Shown here piece by piece: positions 26,037-37,308 of a DNA stretch of 54,561 nt (its first letter is position 1; each line of letters begins with the position of its first letter). The translations under genes and the position numbers were made by a program. The DNA lies in contig JAAOMT010000745.1 of the NCBI GenBank assembly GCA_016748015.1, positions 4,881 through 59,441 of the forward strand. The letters run 5' to 3'. Below the pieces are notes generated by a model. That model did no database searches, was not told the origin of the DNA, and saw only the letters and a program-made list of their open reading frames with translations. Source of the stretch: Geosiphon pyriformis uo1. Its lineage: Eukaryota; Fungi; Glomeromycota.

Positions 26037-26963
26037 TCTTCAATTTCTCTGTAAAACAACAACAAAAACGAACAACTTAGACATGAAAAATATACATGAC
26101 TGAATTTCATTTGGAGTTTTAAAAACTCAAAGATAATTTTTTCTTTCAAACTTTAAAGTTAGCAATAATACCTAACATGCGTCTTTAACAAAAAATAGTA
26201 TATTTTATTAATGGATTCATTTGTAAAGTTTATAATTAGAAAAATAGTTTTTTCAGAAATGTTCAAAAATTAACTAATTTTTCAAATAATGTAGGCTAAA
26301 TTACAAATTACAAATTTAGAATATTGGTTAAAATAAATTAAATCAAATTTGAAACATTATATTTAAATCTGAGAAATTAAATTTTAATCAATGAATCAAA
26401 AAAACACATTAAAGTTTTTAAAATTGAGTTAACATAGTGTTAATAATAAAATATTAGAGCAAAAAATCAAAATACTTTTCAAGTTATCTGAGAGTAATAA
26501 TTTTGTTTGGTCAATATTGGACACATACTTTAAATTTTTAATGATATATAAAAAATAATTAAATGTGAATAAAAATTTGGATATTTTTTATGGTAAGAAA
26601 ATAGAAAATAAGTTGTGTATGTGTGTGTATCATATTTCTTGAATTCTTTTACAATTTTTATGTTATCATTAAAATTGTTATTAAAATCTTTTTAGTAATC
26701 AAAAAAGAATCGATAGATGTAAATAAATAAATAAATACAATTTATTTTTGATATCAATTTTTATCCAAAAAAAGTATCTTGTTACATTAAATTTGTTAAT
26801 AATGTTTAACAATACATTGTTTTTTTTTGAGGTTTTATTAATAATAGATAAATTTTCAAAAGAAATAAATCATTTAATAGGAAAAATTACAAGCATTTAA
26901 AATTGAAAATAAAGATGGATTTTTTTAAGCGTTTGTTCTTCAAGAATTACTGCGTACACGTAT

Positions 26964-27410
26964 TTGAAAATCGCAATTGGGCATTCAATATTAATTTTTG
27001 GTATAAGTAATAGCCTAGTATTTATATGGTATTTCTCAACAAATGGTGTAGGTAAAATAGGCTTTTGTGACATTAGTCATATTATTTGCCTCTGGAAATT
27101 TATGGATGACCTTTGCTCAATCACTCACAAATTTTACGATGCTATTGTCATTCCTCCCTTTGAAGTATCGAACACTGGATCAAAAAACGAGAAAAATCAC
27201 ACGAAAAACAGTTAGGAAGATGCTATGCTGGGCGCACTATCGATTCCGTCAACGTTTGATAACCAAGGAAAAAGAATTTGGAGTCTGAGTTATCATCAAA
27301 ATGAGACCTATCCCAAGAATCGGAGGACCAGAGGTGTACAACTACCGGAATTGTAAGCTTTTCATGGATAGAGATAAAAATGGCGCTCGGGGGATCTTCC
27401 TCCGGGTAAG
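26964..27410 (+). pseudogene. tnpB: Fanzor2 / IS607-TnpB-like RNA-guided endonuclease relic 2 (internally deleted)
   Basis: Degenerate RuvC-I (attaatttttggtataagt, approximately IDPGIR), WYFSTNGVGKIG..DIS.I..L.KFMDDL, YDAIVIPPFEVS, RKITRKTVRKMLCWAHYRFRQRLITK..EFGV, RIGGPEVYNYRNCKLFMDRDKNGARGIFLR (RuvC-III). Frameshifts and deletions are present, including loss of the first CxxC. Confidence 0.9.
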
Positions 27411-27511
27411 CCTTGGTGCTAGAGTGACAATACAGGAAATAGTAGACGTTACATAGCAATGCTTAATAATATTGGCCATTACTGATGTGCTACAATCCAT
27501 CCGAATGGATT
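27411..27511 (+). ncRNA. Putative omega-RNA scaffold / right end of Fanzor2 relic 2
   Basis: Long imperfect hairpin ACATAGCAATGCTTAATA-A-TATTGGCCATTACTGATGT (27451-27488), then a perfect 7-bp stem AATCCAT-CCGA-ATGGATT (27494-27511), directly 3' of the ORF relic. Confidence 0.55.
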
Positions 27512-29614
27512 TAGTCTTGATTCAATATAATGCATGGACAGTTTGTTATCAATATATTTTTTTATAATTACTGTAATTTTTTATCAATATATATTTTGAA
27601 AGGTCAAATAAATAGACATTTTAAATATAGAGTATAAAAAAAAAACACATAAATTACATATGAGTTTAAAAAAGTTTATAATAATTTATGATCATAGGAT
27701 AGACTTCTTAGCAATTTTTATTCAAAACTTTTTTGTAAAATATTGGTATGAGTATCCTATTGGATACAAGATTTCATGGGGCAAAAAAATTTATTCATTA
27801 GCCATTAACCATTGGTATTTTATTTATATTTGGAAACTTGACGATGAAAATGGGTCCATTTTCTATATAAAATTTCAAGGATTTCCAATATTTGAGAATT
27901 GTTTTAGGATAAAAAAGTAATTAGGTTTGAATAAATTTTTGAGTTTTAAAATCATTTTTAATTTGAAAAGATTTAAAAAGTTTGGCACTTTTAGATAAAA
28001 GTCAGTGAAATTAGTAAAAATTTTTGAATTTCTTGAAAATAGTTTTTCTTTAAAAGGTTCATTTATAATATTTAAGATAAATATACTTGAATCTTATTTT
28101 TTATTAGTCATTGAGTGAACAGATTTCTAACTTAATAGAGTGCATAAAATTCAATGAAAAAACATTCATGGAATTTGAGAATATGTATATTTAAATAGCA
28201 CAGAGTATCAGAATGAAGAATTTTGTATCACAAAACATATTTTTATTAATTGGACTGAAAATTTTAAAAGTTGTATGTGAACCCTGCATGATAAACTCTT
28301 TAAGCGCTATCTTAAATTGAAGTGACAAAATCTTCATTACAACGATCAACAATCAAAAACTTTGTTATCAGAATTATAATGGCCCGTCCTCCAATGAAAA
28401 TTTCTTCGTTTTTACGCCATTGCCTTAAACTTTAAATCAATTTGCCCAATGATCAAATAAATAGTATCACTGTGCAAATCCCACAATGACAATTTCCCCC
28501 AAAAAACCTAATGGGGGAACTATTTCGAAAAATTTTTACACGTGAGAACTGAATCAAAAAAATACCAGTTCTACCGCATTAACAGGTGTTATAACTGGGG
28601 ATAATTATAAGTCATTCAAATAATATTACACCATATACATAAAAACAAAACAATTTTTACAAACTTAATTTTTAAGTTCAACAAAAAAAATTTCAATTCA
28701 AAAGTTACTTCAATTACAAATTAAGCGAAAGGCTGAACCATTGAAAGGTTAAAAGTTTAGCATGAGAAAAAAATTTTCCTCATTAATTGATGTTGAAATT
28801 CTTGGCGAGACACTTGAGTTTGACTGAAAAAATTTATAAAGAAAACTTTGTTTTTCAAAAGCAGGGGAAGAAAGGCGTCATATTACACTAATAGTCACTA
28901 TTACAGAGAACAAAATATTTTTAATATGAGCCATTGGGAGGCATGAATGACAAAAAAGAAAAGAGAAGAAAAAAAATTGGACATTTGATTTAGACCTTTC
29001 ATTAATTGGTTCGAAAAGTGAATATAACGATAAATAAACTCTTAGCCGATGTTTTTGTTGTACAAAATTGATCGAACATATTAAATTAGAAAAAACTCAA
29101 ACTGTTTGTTTTGCTAAAATTGGTTACCAACAATAAACACATGGGATGAAATTCAACATGTGTCAAAAAAAAATTTTTGAGCCTGGAAACAAATCGAATT
29201 CTCATGTAAGATTTGAATAGCTAATTAGGAGAAGAAGAAATGTATGCATAATATTACAAGTTTTTGATTTTTTTATCCATTTGGAGATAGACACAAATTT
29301 TTTTTTTGTCTTTATTTGAGAATTTGATCAATCAAAATCTAATGAAAAACAAGCTAAAGATATTTTGCTACAAAGAATAAACTATTACAACCAATAAATC
29401 TGCATCAAAGATTAAAACTACAAATGAGGAAAAAAAATTACAACAATTAATACAGCTAAGAAAAAGGAAAGGATTTACATCTACCTACAGAACTATAACA
29501 AAAATACATTTAGAAATTAGATATCATAATAATAATGTACAAAAGAGTAATTATAGGTGGCAAAAATTGTTCATTCAATTTGGGGTTCTAGATCAAAAAT
29601 TTCAGCTCAATCGA

Positions 29615-30202
29615 TCAATTAGAATTCGGAATTCTTTTCCAAAAATCCACCAACACTTGCCAACTCAAAAATTCCAAAGTGCCTGGTGGACAAAATTTAC
29701 AAATCTCCACGCCCAACTGCGAACGCATAATGTATCGTTCGTTATCACTGACCCATTGTCCAGTTTCAATTTTTAAAACCATTGCAGCTGCATCAATTAT
29801 CAAATCATATTTAGGATATCCATTATAAAATACTTTCAGATCATGTAGTCGTGGAATTTCGGATTGGGATGAAAAGCTTCGTGAATGAAATGGTTTTTGT
29901 CTTGGAGTTGATTGATTTGAATAACAGGATGATATAGACGAGGTAGATGACGTAGATGAGAAAGAGCTTTTTGAATTTTTTGAATGACGTGTAATAGGAT
30001 GACTGGGATTTACAACAGATTTTGAAAAAGAAAGAGGTGGTATCAGCGGCAATGGTGATTGAAAGTAATCTTCCTCATATTTTCTCTGAAGGTTTTCAAA
30101 AGAGCCATTTTTAATGAAATGTTTAGTAGAGCGTTTTAGGTTTCGAATACTTTTACGCATCGAGGAAGAACGAGAATTATCACTCGCTGGCCAACTTTCC
30201 AT
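29615..30202 (-). CDS. Hypothetical protein: Ser-rich disordered N-terminus, about 70-aa globular C-terminus
   Basis: 195-aa ATG-initiated ORF in GC-elevated sequence. The C-terminus YPKYDLIIDAAAMVLKIETGQWVS...LSWQVLVDFW looks like a folded helical domain. Confidence 0.7.
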   Translation of the reverse strand: MESWPASDNSRSSSMRKSIRNLKRSTKHFIKNGSFENLQRKYEEDYFQSPLPLIPPLSFSKSVVNPSHPITRHSKNSKSSFSSTSSTSSISSCYSNQSTPRQKPFHSRSFSSQSEIPRLHDLKVFYNGYPKYDLIIDAAAMVLKIETGQWVSDNERYIMRSQLGVEICKFCPPGTLEFLSWQVLVDFWKRIPNSN

Positions 30203-30248
30203 CGTTTATTAATAAGATGAAGATGAAGATTAAGATAAAGAGAAGAGA

Positions 30249-30323
30249 GGAAAGGAAAGGAAAGGAAAGGAAAGGAAAGGAAAGGAAAGGAAAGAAAAGG
30301 AAAGGAAAGAAAAGGAAAGGAAA
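30249..30323. repeat. (GGAAA)n microsatellite, about 15 units; pyrimidine tract 5' of the 29615-30202 gene
   Basis: Direct reading: 9 perfect units, then GAAAA variants. Confidence 0.92.
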
Positions 30324-32843
30324 TTTAAAAAAGAAAAGATCAAAATTATTAAAAGCTTTGAAATCACAACAAAAGGTAAAGACAGAAAACGATGCTATTT
30401 AACAATTTCCAAAAATGTTCAAATAGAAAATTTTAATGAGAGTATAAAAGTTAGAATGAAATGAAAATCAAAACTTAAATATTTTTTAATTTTTTTCACG
30501 AGTAATGAATGATAAAATAAATTGAAGGTAAAAAATTTTTTTTTCAACATCCTTATATTTAATTTTTCGGGGACAAAATTTTTGGTTAGACAATGGGTTG
30601 CATTATCCCTTATCGATATTACGAATGTTAAAGAAAATATTCATTATCTGAGGTTTAACTTAATACCGGATGTTTATCACAATCACGTCACATTCACAAA
30701 ATTGGAAATTCACGATAAAAGGAACTTAACTAGTGATAGAAATCGGAAGATTTCTAAATTATTATCATTATTTTTCATTATCTCTTATTAAGGTATTACT
30801 AATTATAATGTAATCACTAAATTTAATCGTAAGAGGGAATAATAGTTCCTCCTTTGTGTTAATTAATATTCGATAAATTTTTTTTTTTAAAAAAAAAGAG
30901 TTTTTGAATTTTCTTATTATATTTTCGATTTACACGTGTAAATCAATTTACAAAAGTGATCATCACAGAAAAATTCATCAATTATTTTTCTTTAAAAAAA
31001 TTATTTCAATTAAAAACTAATTTTTGCAACCATTTATTAAATTATTTTAACTGACGCAATCTTTCATAATTTATCGCCACGTTGTTTCATGAGGGCTATT
31101 TTTAAACATATCTAAAGAATTAAAAGAACTTTTTTTAAAGAGATCTTCGTACATTGATTTGCTGCATTCGTGAAATTATTGTGATAGAAAATCAAGAATC
31201 TTGATTGGCATGATCGAGAGGTACTGTGGCATTATCATTTAGAGTACAGCAGCATGGCTAGATAATGATTATTTGACGCACTATGATAATATCTCGCATC
31301 ATGCTATGCTAGGTTCTTTATATGCATTATCAAAAATGAAGTGACTTTTTGCTTTAATTCATTGAAAAAAAATCAAATTGAAAGTGGATACAAGTATTGA
31401 CAATTCTTTGGCACAATGATGCTTTTCTATTCCCCCATTTCGTACAAGTTTTTTGGTATATTTCCGATGAAAAAAGGAACTCATCATCGTGACGAAATAA
31501 TTTTATCCAATTTTAAACTTTAACCTAATATTTGGTTACAAAACAAAACACCAATGGTTTCATATTTGTTTCTTAATAAAAAGAAATATATGTAGTAATT
31601 TCAATTGCATCGAATTTAAACTAAAAAATCTTTGAACCTAAAATAGGTATTCAAGTATTATCGAAAGTTTTTAGAACAGGATATTTGCCCATATGAGGAG
31701 ATTTGATGTGTCAAATAATTTTGATGAAAGAGATCGAAGGGATATCCAAATATATATTTATTTTACTTGGTTCCAAATTATTATTTACATAACATAAGCT
31801 AGTGACTATTATTGTGATAGGTAAAATTATTAAAAATAAAAGCTGAAAAGAATCTGATCTGTGTCAAAGTAATTGAAGTAGCTAAATTTACTAGATATTA
31901 AAGGATAGGTGAATGAGGTCAATTTTTTCTATTGAACGGAATAAAAAGATAATCATATTTTATTGGGAGGGGGGAGGGTTTGGAGGAGTTAAATTCAAAT
32001 TCAAATTCAATCATCATTTCCGTTTCCTAACTGAGAAATTTATCGCAAATTCTATTGAAAAACAAAATTAAGCATTTATTCATTCCAAACCATTTTAGAT
32101 TATTAGAAAGTTATTGAGTAATTTAGGTTTAAAATAGTACTTGATGTATATTTTTCCTTATAGAAATATGTTCATTATCACTTTTGGTAAAATTTAATAT
32201 TTCAAAAGGTGTTGCATATAAGTCTTTATCTGATAATGAAAGCTTAGACCCACTGACATGTATAAGGTTCAATCAAAGATAATACAATATAATTTTAGAT
32301 TGTCAAAAATACACTGAAAACATATTTGATTTTATATTTATCTTTACTCTCTAAAGATAGAACAATATTAATGAAAACTTTTCTTTTCCTTGATTTTCGA
32401 ATCAGCGCAGATTCTGGTTTTTTTTTAAAACAAAAGCAAATTTCTCGTCAATTCAAACAATGTAATACATATGAATTAAATTGAATGATATTTCAGAATA
32501 AATTGTAAATTTTCAAGAATAGAAAAAGCTATTGACTTATTTATGAGTTGAACCTCACATTTTATAAATAGATTCTTTGATATGAATGCAATAATGCTTT
32601 AATAAAATTCAATAATTTGTCGTTTTTATTTTGTCAAACTTAAAAAAAAACAAATTAAAATCATCTTGAATTTTATTTTTAATATAGAGAAATTATAATT
32701 CTATAGAATAATAACAATTGCCAAATTTTGTAACTTTATTTGTGGATACGATTTGAATGAGTGAAAAATTAGTATCAAAATTAATAATTTTAACTTAATT
32801 TTGACTCACACAATACAAACTTGTGGGTTGCAGGTCACGTTTA

Positions 32844-32921
32844 GAAAGCGGATGATCCCTATCTAAAATAAAACATGTGCATGTTTTACGTAAATAGATA
32901 GGGGTTGGACCATACACCCTG
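32844..32921. mobile_element. 78-bp palindromic Tc1/mariner-type mini-MITE flanked by TA
   Basis: Right end ACACCCTG|TA (reverse complement TA|CAGGGTGT, a typical mariner-like terminus). Left end TA|GAAAGCGGATGATCC is a degenerate match. Internal stems CCCTATCTA/TAGATAGGG and TAAAACATG/CATGTTTTA. Confidence 0.6.
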
Positions 32922-33116
32922 TATTAGCATAAATAATAAGAAAATACAAGTTTCATTGATAATACTGAGAACCAATGATTTTTACTTTCCAAAGTTTTCA
33001 TTTAAATATGAACCATTAAAATAGGTTATGCATGAATGAAATAATATATGGTATCAAAAATAAGTTTTATTCCTGGTTAAACCAAATTACAAAATATTAC
33101 TTGGAACCAAAACAGC

Positions 33117-33622
33117 GGTTTAAAGGATAAAAAGAAATTAAATATGGACTTTTACAAAACACAAGTTTAAACAAATAATTGAAATGAAGTATTTGATTAA
33201 ATATATATATGTATATATGTATATTTTAAAGTGTATATTACCATAAATTTGTCTTTTAATTAAAAATTTATATAATCTTGTTACATATCTTTTTTTTCAA
33301 TTTATTAAATTTAATGCTTTGAAAATTTTCAAATCTCAATGAAATATATATATTTTTTTTGTTATAACACTTTTGCTTGATTAATAAACTTTGAATAAAT
33401 TAGCAAATTTCATTATAAAATATTCTACACATAAAAGTTTTTACTTGTAAATGATAATCTTATGAAATACTTATAATTCTGATTAAAAAGGATAAAAAAG
33501 ATTTGTAATTAAATGAATTTTATTAATTAAGTAAAATTTTTCAATATATTATTATTTTATCAACCTATAATTTTAATGATAATTGAAAAATAAAATATTT
33601 GAAACTATATTTTTTAAACCCC
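33117..33622. repeat. About 500-bp AT-rich insert with short GGTTTAAA...TTTAAACC inverted ends
   Basis: Abrupt composition change and 8-bp inverted termini; no TSD seen. Confidence 0.3.
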
Positions 33623-34484
33623 GTCCATTTGCCTGCATAATTATTTTAATCGTAAAGATGAATTTAATTGTTTTATCAAATAAATTTTAAGTAAAGATTT
33701 CAGGTCTGATATTATTGATGAATCAAAATTCTGTAATATCATTCATGAATCTTTATTTGTAATCAAAGTTAAAAGTTTTCACAATCCTCGTATTTTAAGT
33801 TGCAGTTCATGTCTTTGAATCAATGATATCGTATAATGTATTTAGCCCCTGTTTCATAACTAATAGAGCACAAATTCATCGCTTTTTACGATCAGTGAAA
33901 TGCACCCATTTTTTAAAAAAAATGTATGTTTGCTAAGCTAAGCTAAGCCCCAGTGTATCTTTACTCAAGATAGGTAAGGTTTATCATTTATAATGCTCAT
34001 AGAGGATCAAAAGGTCATGAGTTAGTTTTTAATTGTTCAACAAATTAGGGGTATTCTTGTTGAATATCCATAAAATGCCTATGAAAGTGAAAATTTTTTA
34101 CTCAAATAATCACCTGATTCTAAGTTTGTGGAAAAATAGGAATAAAAATAAATTTGGATGTAAACCATATGAAAAAATCAAAAATTTTTTTTTCCAAAAA
34201 ATTTTCGTAGTTATACAACCATTTCTAGTAACACAACAATTTTTTTTCAGAATAGATTAAGTGTATAATAATCCCGTTTGTGAAAATTTCCCATAGTTTC
34301 AGATAATAGATGGTTTCGAGCTTTACTTTCCTTCCATTTCAACTCTCTTACTTATAATACTTGAATTGTCTTCAATCCATTGACTAAAAATTCTTTCACC
34401 AAAAATAAAAGCGTAGCAAATTCACTTAAAATTCATATTACTCTTTCACATTGTAAGACATTTAGTTTTTTTTTACTCTAAAAT

Positions 34485-34590
34485 TTTCACCCACTTAAAA
34501 GTTTCTTTTTGAGCGTGGGTGAAACCATTTAAGACCAGTTTTCATTAAAAGCCTGTAAAAACTGGCCTGAAGGAACACATGATTTTTGAG
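34485..34590. other. Tandem double stem-loop; candidate structured ncRNA or TE terminus
   Basis: TTTCACCCAC (34485-34494)/GTGGGTGAAA (34515-34524) perfect 10-bp stem with an extended inner stem; second stem CCAGTTTT/AAAACTGG (about 34535-34565). Confidence 0.35.
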
Positions 34591-36612
34591 ATATATTCTG
34601 ATCCGTTTATAGGGTTTTCCAAGGCTTATCTTAATAAAAAACTACTAACCTTTTAAAAATTTTAGACGATAATTCTAATGAGAAGAAGATTCCAACATTC
34701 TACGGAGTTCTGTATACAATTATTAATATAATTGCTAATAAGCAGCAGCCATGTAACTGCCCCAACCTCCAGCATTTTTCATGTAGACTCGGATTCTTGC
34801 AAATGAAAAGACCCTTTTTTTTTGAAGTGGTGACTGCTTTGCTTTCTGTCCCACCTTTGTTTATAAGGCGTGATTGGTTTTTAAAAGATTTTATGAAACA
34901 AAAGATTTTCTTTTCCCGCATAATATTCTTGAATAAAGAACCAATAGACAATGCCCATTTATTTAAATTTCGTAATCAAATTTGTACAAAATTCCCATTT
35001 TTTGGTCCGAGCAAAAAAGCATAAAGTTTGATTCAAATCTAATTGGAATCAAACAAGTTATTTCTTTTATATATTTAATCTTTACTTTTCTATGTTTTAT
35101 TTATGAATTGAATAAATAAATTCGGAAAGGTGATTTTTAATTTAGAGTGCATAAAAATTTCAAGTTTTTGTCAAAGGATCGATCATATATTAATTGTTAT
35201 AATTTTTTACTTAAATCTCATGTTTGCAAAACCTTTTTGAGTCATATTTAAAGTTTATCTTTTGAATTTCTAAAAAATCTAATTTTTGATTGGAGCAATC
35301 CCCGATTCAAATAAATTTTGCTTATCTTTCAATTAGTTGCGCTATTTTTTCATAATGTAGAAAAGATGTTTAAGTGCAGGTAATTGATCCTTTGCTTTGC
35401 AAAACATCTCACAAATTTGGGTGATATCCATCCACGTTCAAATTTACAAATTTGGTGATACATTGAAAAGCTTGAATGAACCTGCAAAAAACATGATACT
35501 TGGAAAAGCATTTATTGAATAATCAAACCGTCATTGGATCACAAAAAAAAAATTTTCCCTCAAGATTCAAAACGTTAAACTTTTTTTTGCAAGATTAATT
35601 ATTACTTTATTGTTTTGTTTTGTTTTGTTTTTTTATGTTTTTTTATGTTTTTTAACTCAATTTATTAACCCTTCATATATATTTATATTTATGAATTGTG
35701 AATCCTTAAAGCCAAATTCATTCATAAAAGAATTAATGCTAGTAAATCATTATCAATTAAAAGTTCCCACATTTTTATCAGAATTTTGATGATGGTTTAT
35801 TGTCAAAAAATATTTAAGGATAGATTCATTTCTGGGCTCTATTTGAGAAATTATTGAAGTTTCAACATAATATAATTATCTCTTATCATTGGTTCCCGGA
35901 TTCTCAATGAGATTAATTCAGATTTTGAATTCTATTAATAAAAAAAAAAATCTAGGAAAAAGATTTTTCAAATATTGAATTTCTGAATTGGAGATATATT
36001 TTTTTTTCAGAATCTAATTCATCTATTTCACTTTATAGTGAGTTTTTAACTCTCTCAAAACTTCCAACATTGAAATATGAATGCATATTAATTGCATTAG
36101 GATAATTCACTGCTAATAATCACATGGGTTTTTTGCTTATCAACTAATTTTTTTTTTACCTACTACTAGATTATCAAATTTTCAAAGGATTATCTCGACT
36201 TTTTTTTACCGAAATCTCGCAAAGATTAATTTAAATATTTCGAAAATTTTAAAATTAAAATTTCTTCAATCCTATTTCATACGAAATACTTAAATTTTAT
36301 TATAGGCTTCCTTCTTATTTAAATTGAGAGAAACAGGACTTAATTCCCCTATTAAACACCATAAAATGATGCTTTTAATTCAATAATAAAAATTCTACTA
36401 TTTCTTTGATCCTTGAAAATTATCTGTAAACTTTCTTTAACAAAAATGCTCAAAATTATCTTAATAGTCTTATGTGCTTTGGCAGGATGTAATATAATCG
36501 GTGTGTGTTAAAAAAGGAAATATTTAAATATTTTAGTGATTCAAACAAACATAGTAAGATTGGTTATTTTAAAACTATGTTATTTCTTTCTACTCATTAG
36601 CATAAACTTAGC

Positions 36613-37308
36613 TCATACAATTTTAAATGTTTGGCATATCCTTATTCGTGTCGTTTTTGCTTGTTGTAAATTTAAAAGGCAAACGTTGTATCTAAAAATC
36701 TTTAAGAAGCAAGCATTCAGGTGGGTTATTAAAGATTCATGTAATTGTCGTAAGGCTTGGTACTGCAAAAATAAAATTTTCTTACCTAATTTTTGTTCAA
36801 TAGGATTCATTATTCTGCTAAGAGCCATTGGATCCGGATGAAATTTAGGGGAAATTTTTTGTTTGGTGCAATAAGGAAAGTTATATTCTTGAGTTCTCAA
36901 GAGTTTTGAGCGATCAATAGTTGAATTGCGCTTTCTGGGTGAAAGATGCTGTTTTCTAATCGGCTTAGGATTCCACTTGGCCCAAGTCAGGCTCGCTTCC
37001 GATGAAAGATGTTCATATGTTGCTCTCACCTGTTCACCTTGACTCTTCCAAGAGACAGAAGCCATTCGACTAACTATTGGCATTGGCCAATTAACCCCAA
37101 ATCTCTGCAAACTCTCAAGATATTTGATACGAAAAAGAATAAAAGCGTTGGGAGCTCTTTCTTTTCGCTTTGTGTTTTTGAACAATCCTTCAAAGTCAAA
37201 TGATGGAGGATATTCGACAACAAAATTTACTGGCTCTTCGGCTGTAGCATTTGACTTTGAGTTTGAATTTTCGAAAATAAAATATAGGCGTTTTGATGGC
37301 TCACCCAT
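36613..37308 (-). CDS. MATA-type HMG-box transcription factor
   Basis: ERAPNAFILFRIKY...MPIVSRMASVSWKSQGEQVRATYEHLS matches the MATA_HMG pattern RPPNAFILFR...IS..W...YE.LA, preceded by the V.YPP motif usual in Glomeromycotina HMG proteins. True exon ends uncertain. Confidence 0.85.
   Translation of the reverse strand: MGEPSKRLYFIFENSNSKSNATAEEPVNFVVEYPPSFDFEGLFKNTKRKERAPNAFILFRIKYLESLQRFGVNWPMPIVSRMASVSWKSQGEQVRATYEHLSSEASLTWAKWNPKPIRKQHLSPRKRNSTIDRSKLLRTQEYNFPYCTKQKISPKFHPDPMALSRIMNPIEQKLGKKILFLQYQALRQLHESLITHLNACFLKIFRYNVCLLNLQQAKTTRIRICQTFKIV

Noticed and set aside
30217-30402. Lys/Arg-rich 61-aa ORF
   Set aside because: Artefact of the (GGAAA)n microsatellite.
32830-32912. Hammerhead-ribozyme-like arrangement (GUC, stem, GAUGA, stem)
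   Set aside because: The core lacks CUGANGA and GAAA; the palindromic MITE explains the structure better.
36613-37308. HMG gene as a mating-type locus
   Set aside because: MATA-HMG genes are highly expanded in AM fungi; no flanking tptA/rnhA (Mucorales sex locus) or homeodomain pair is present.
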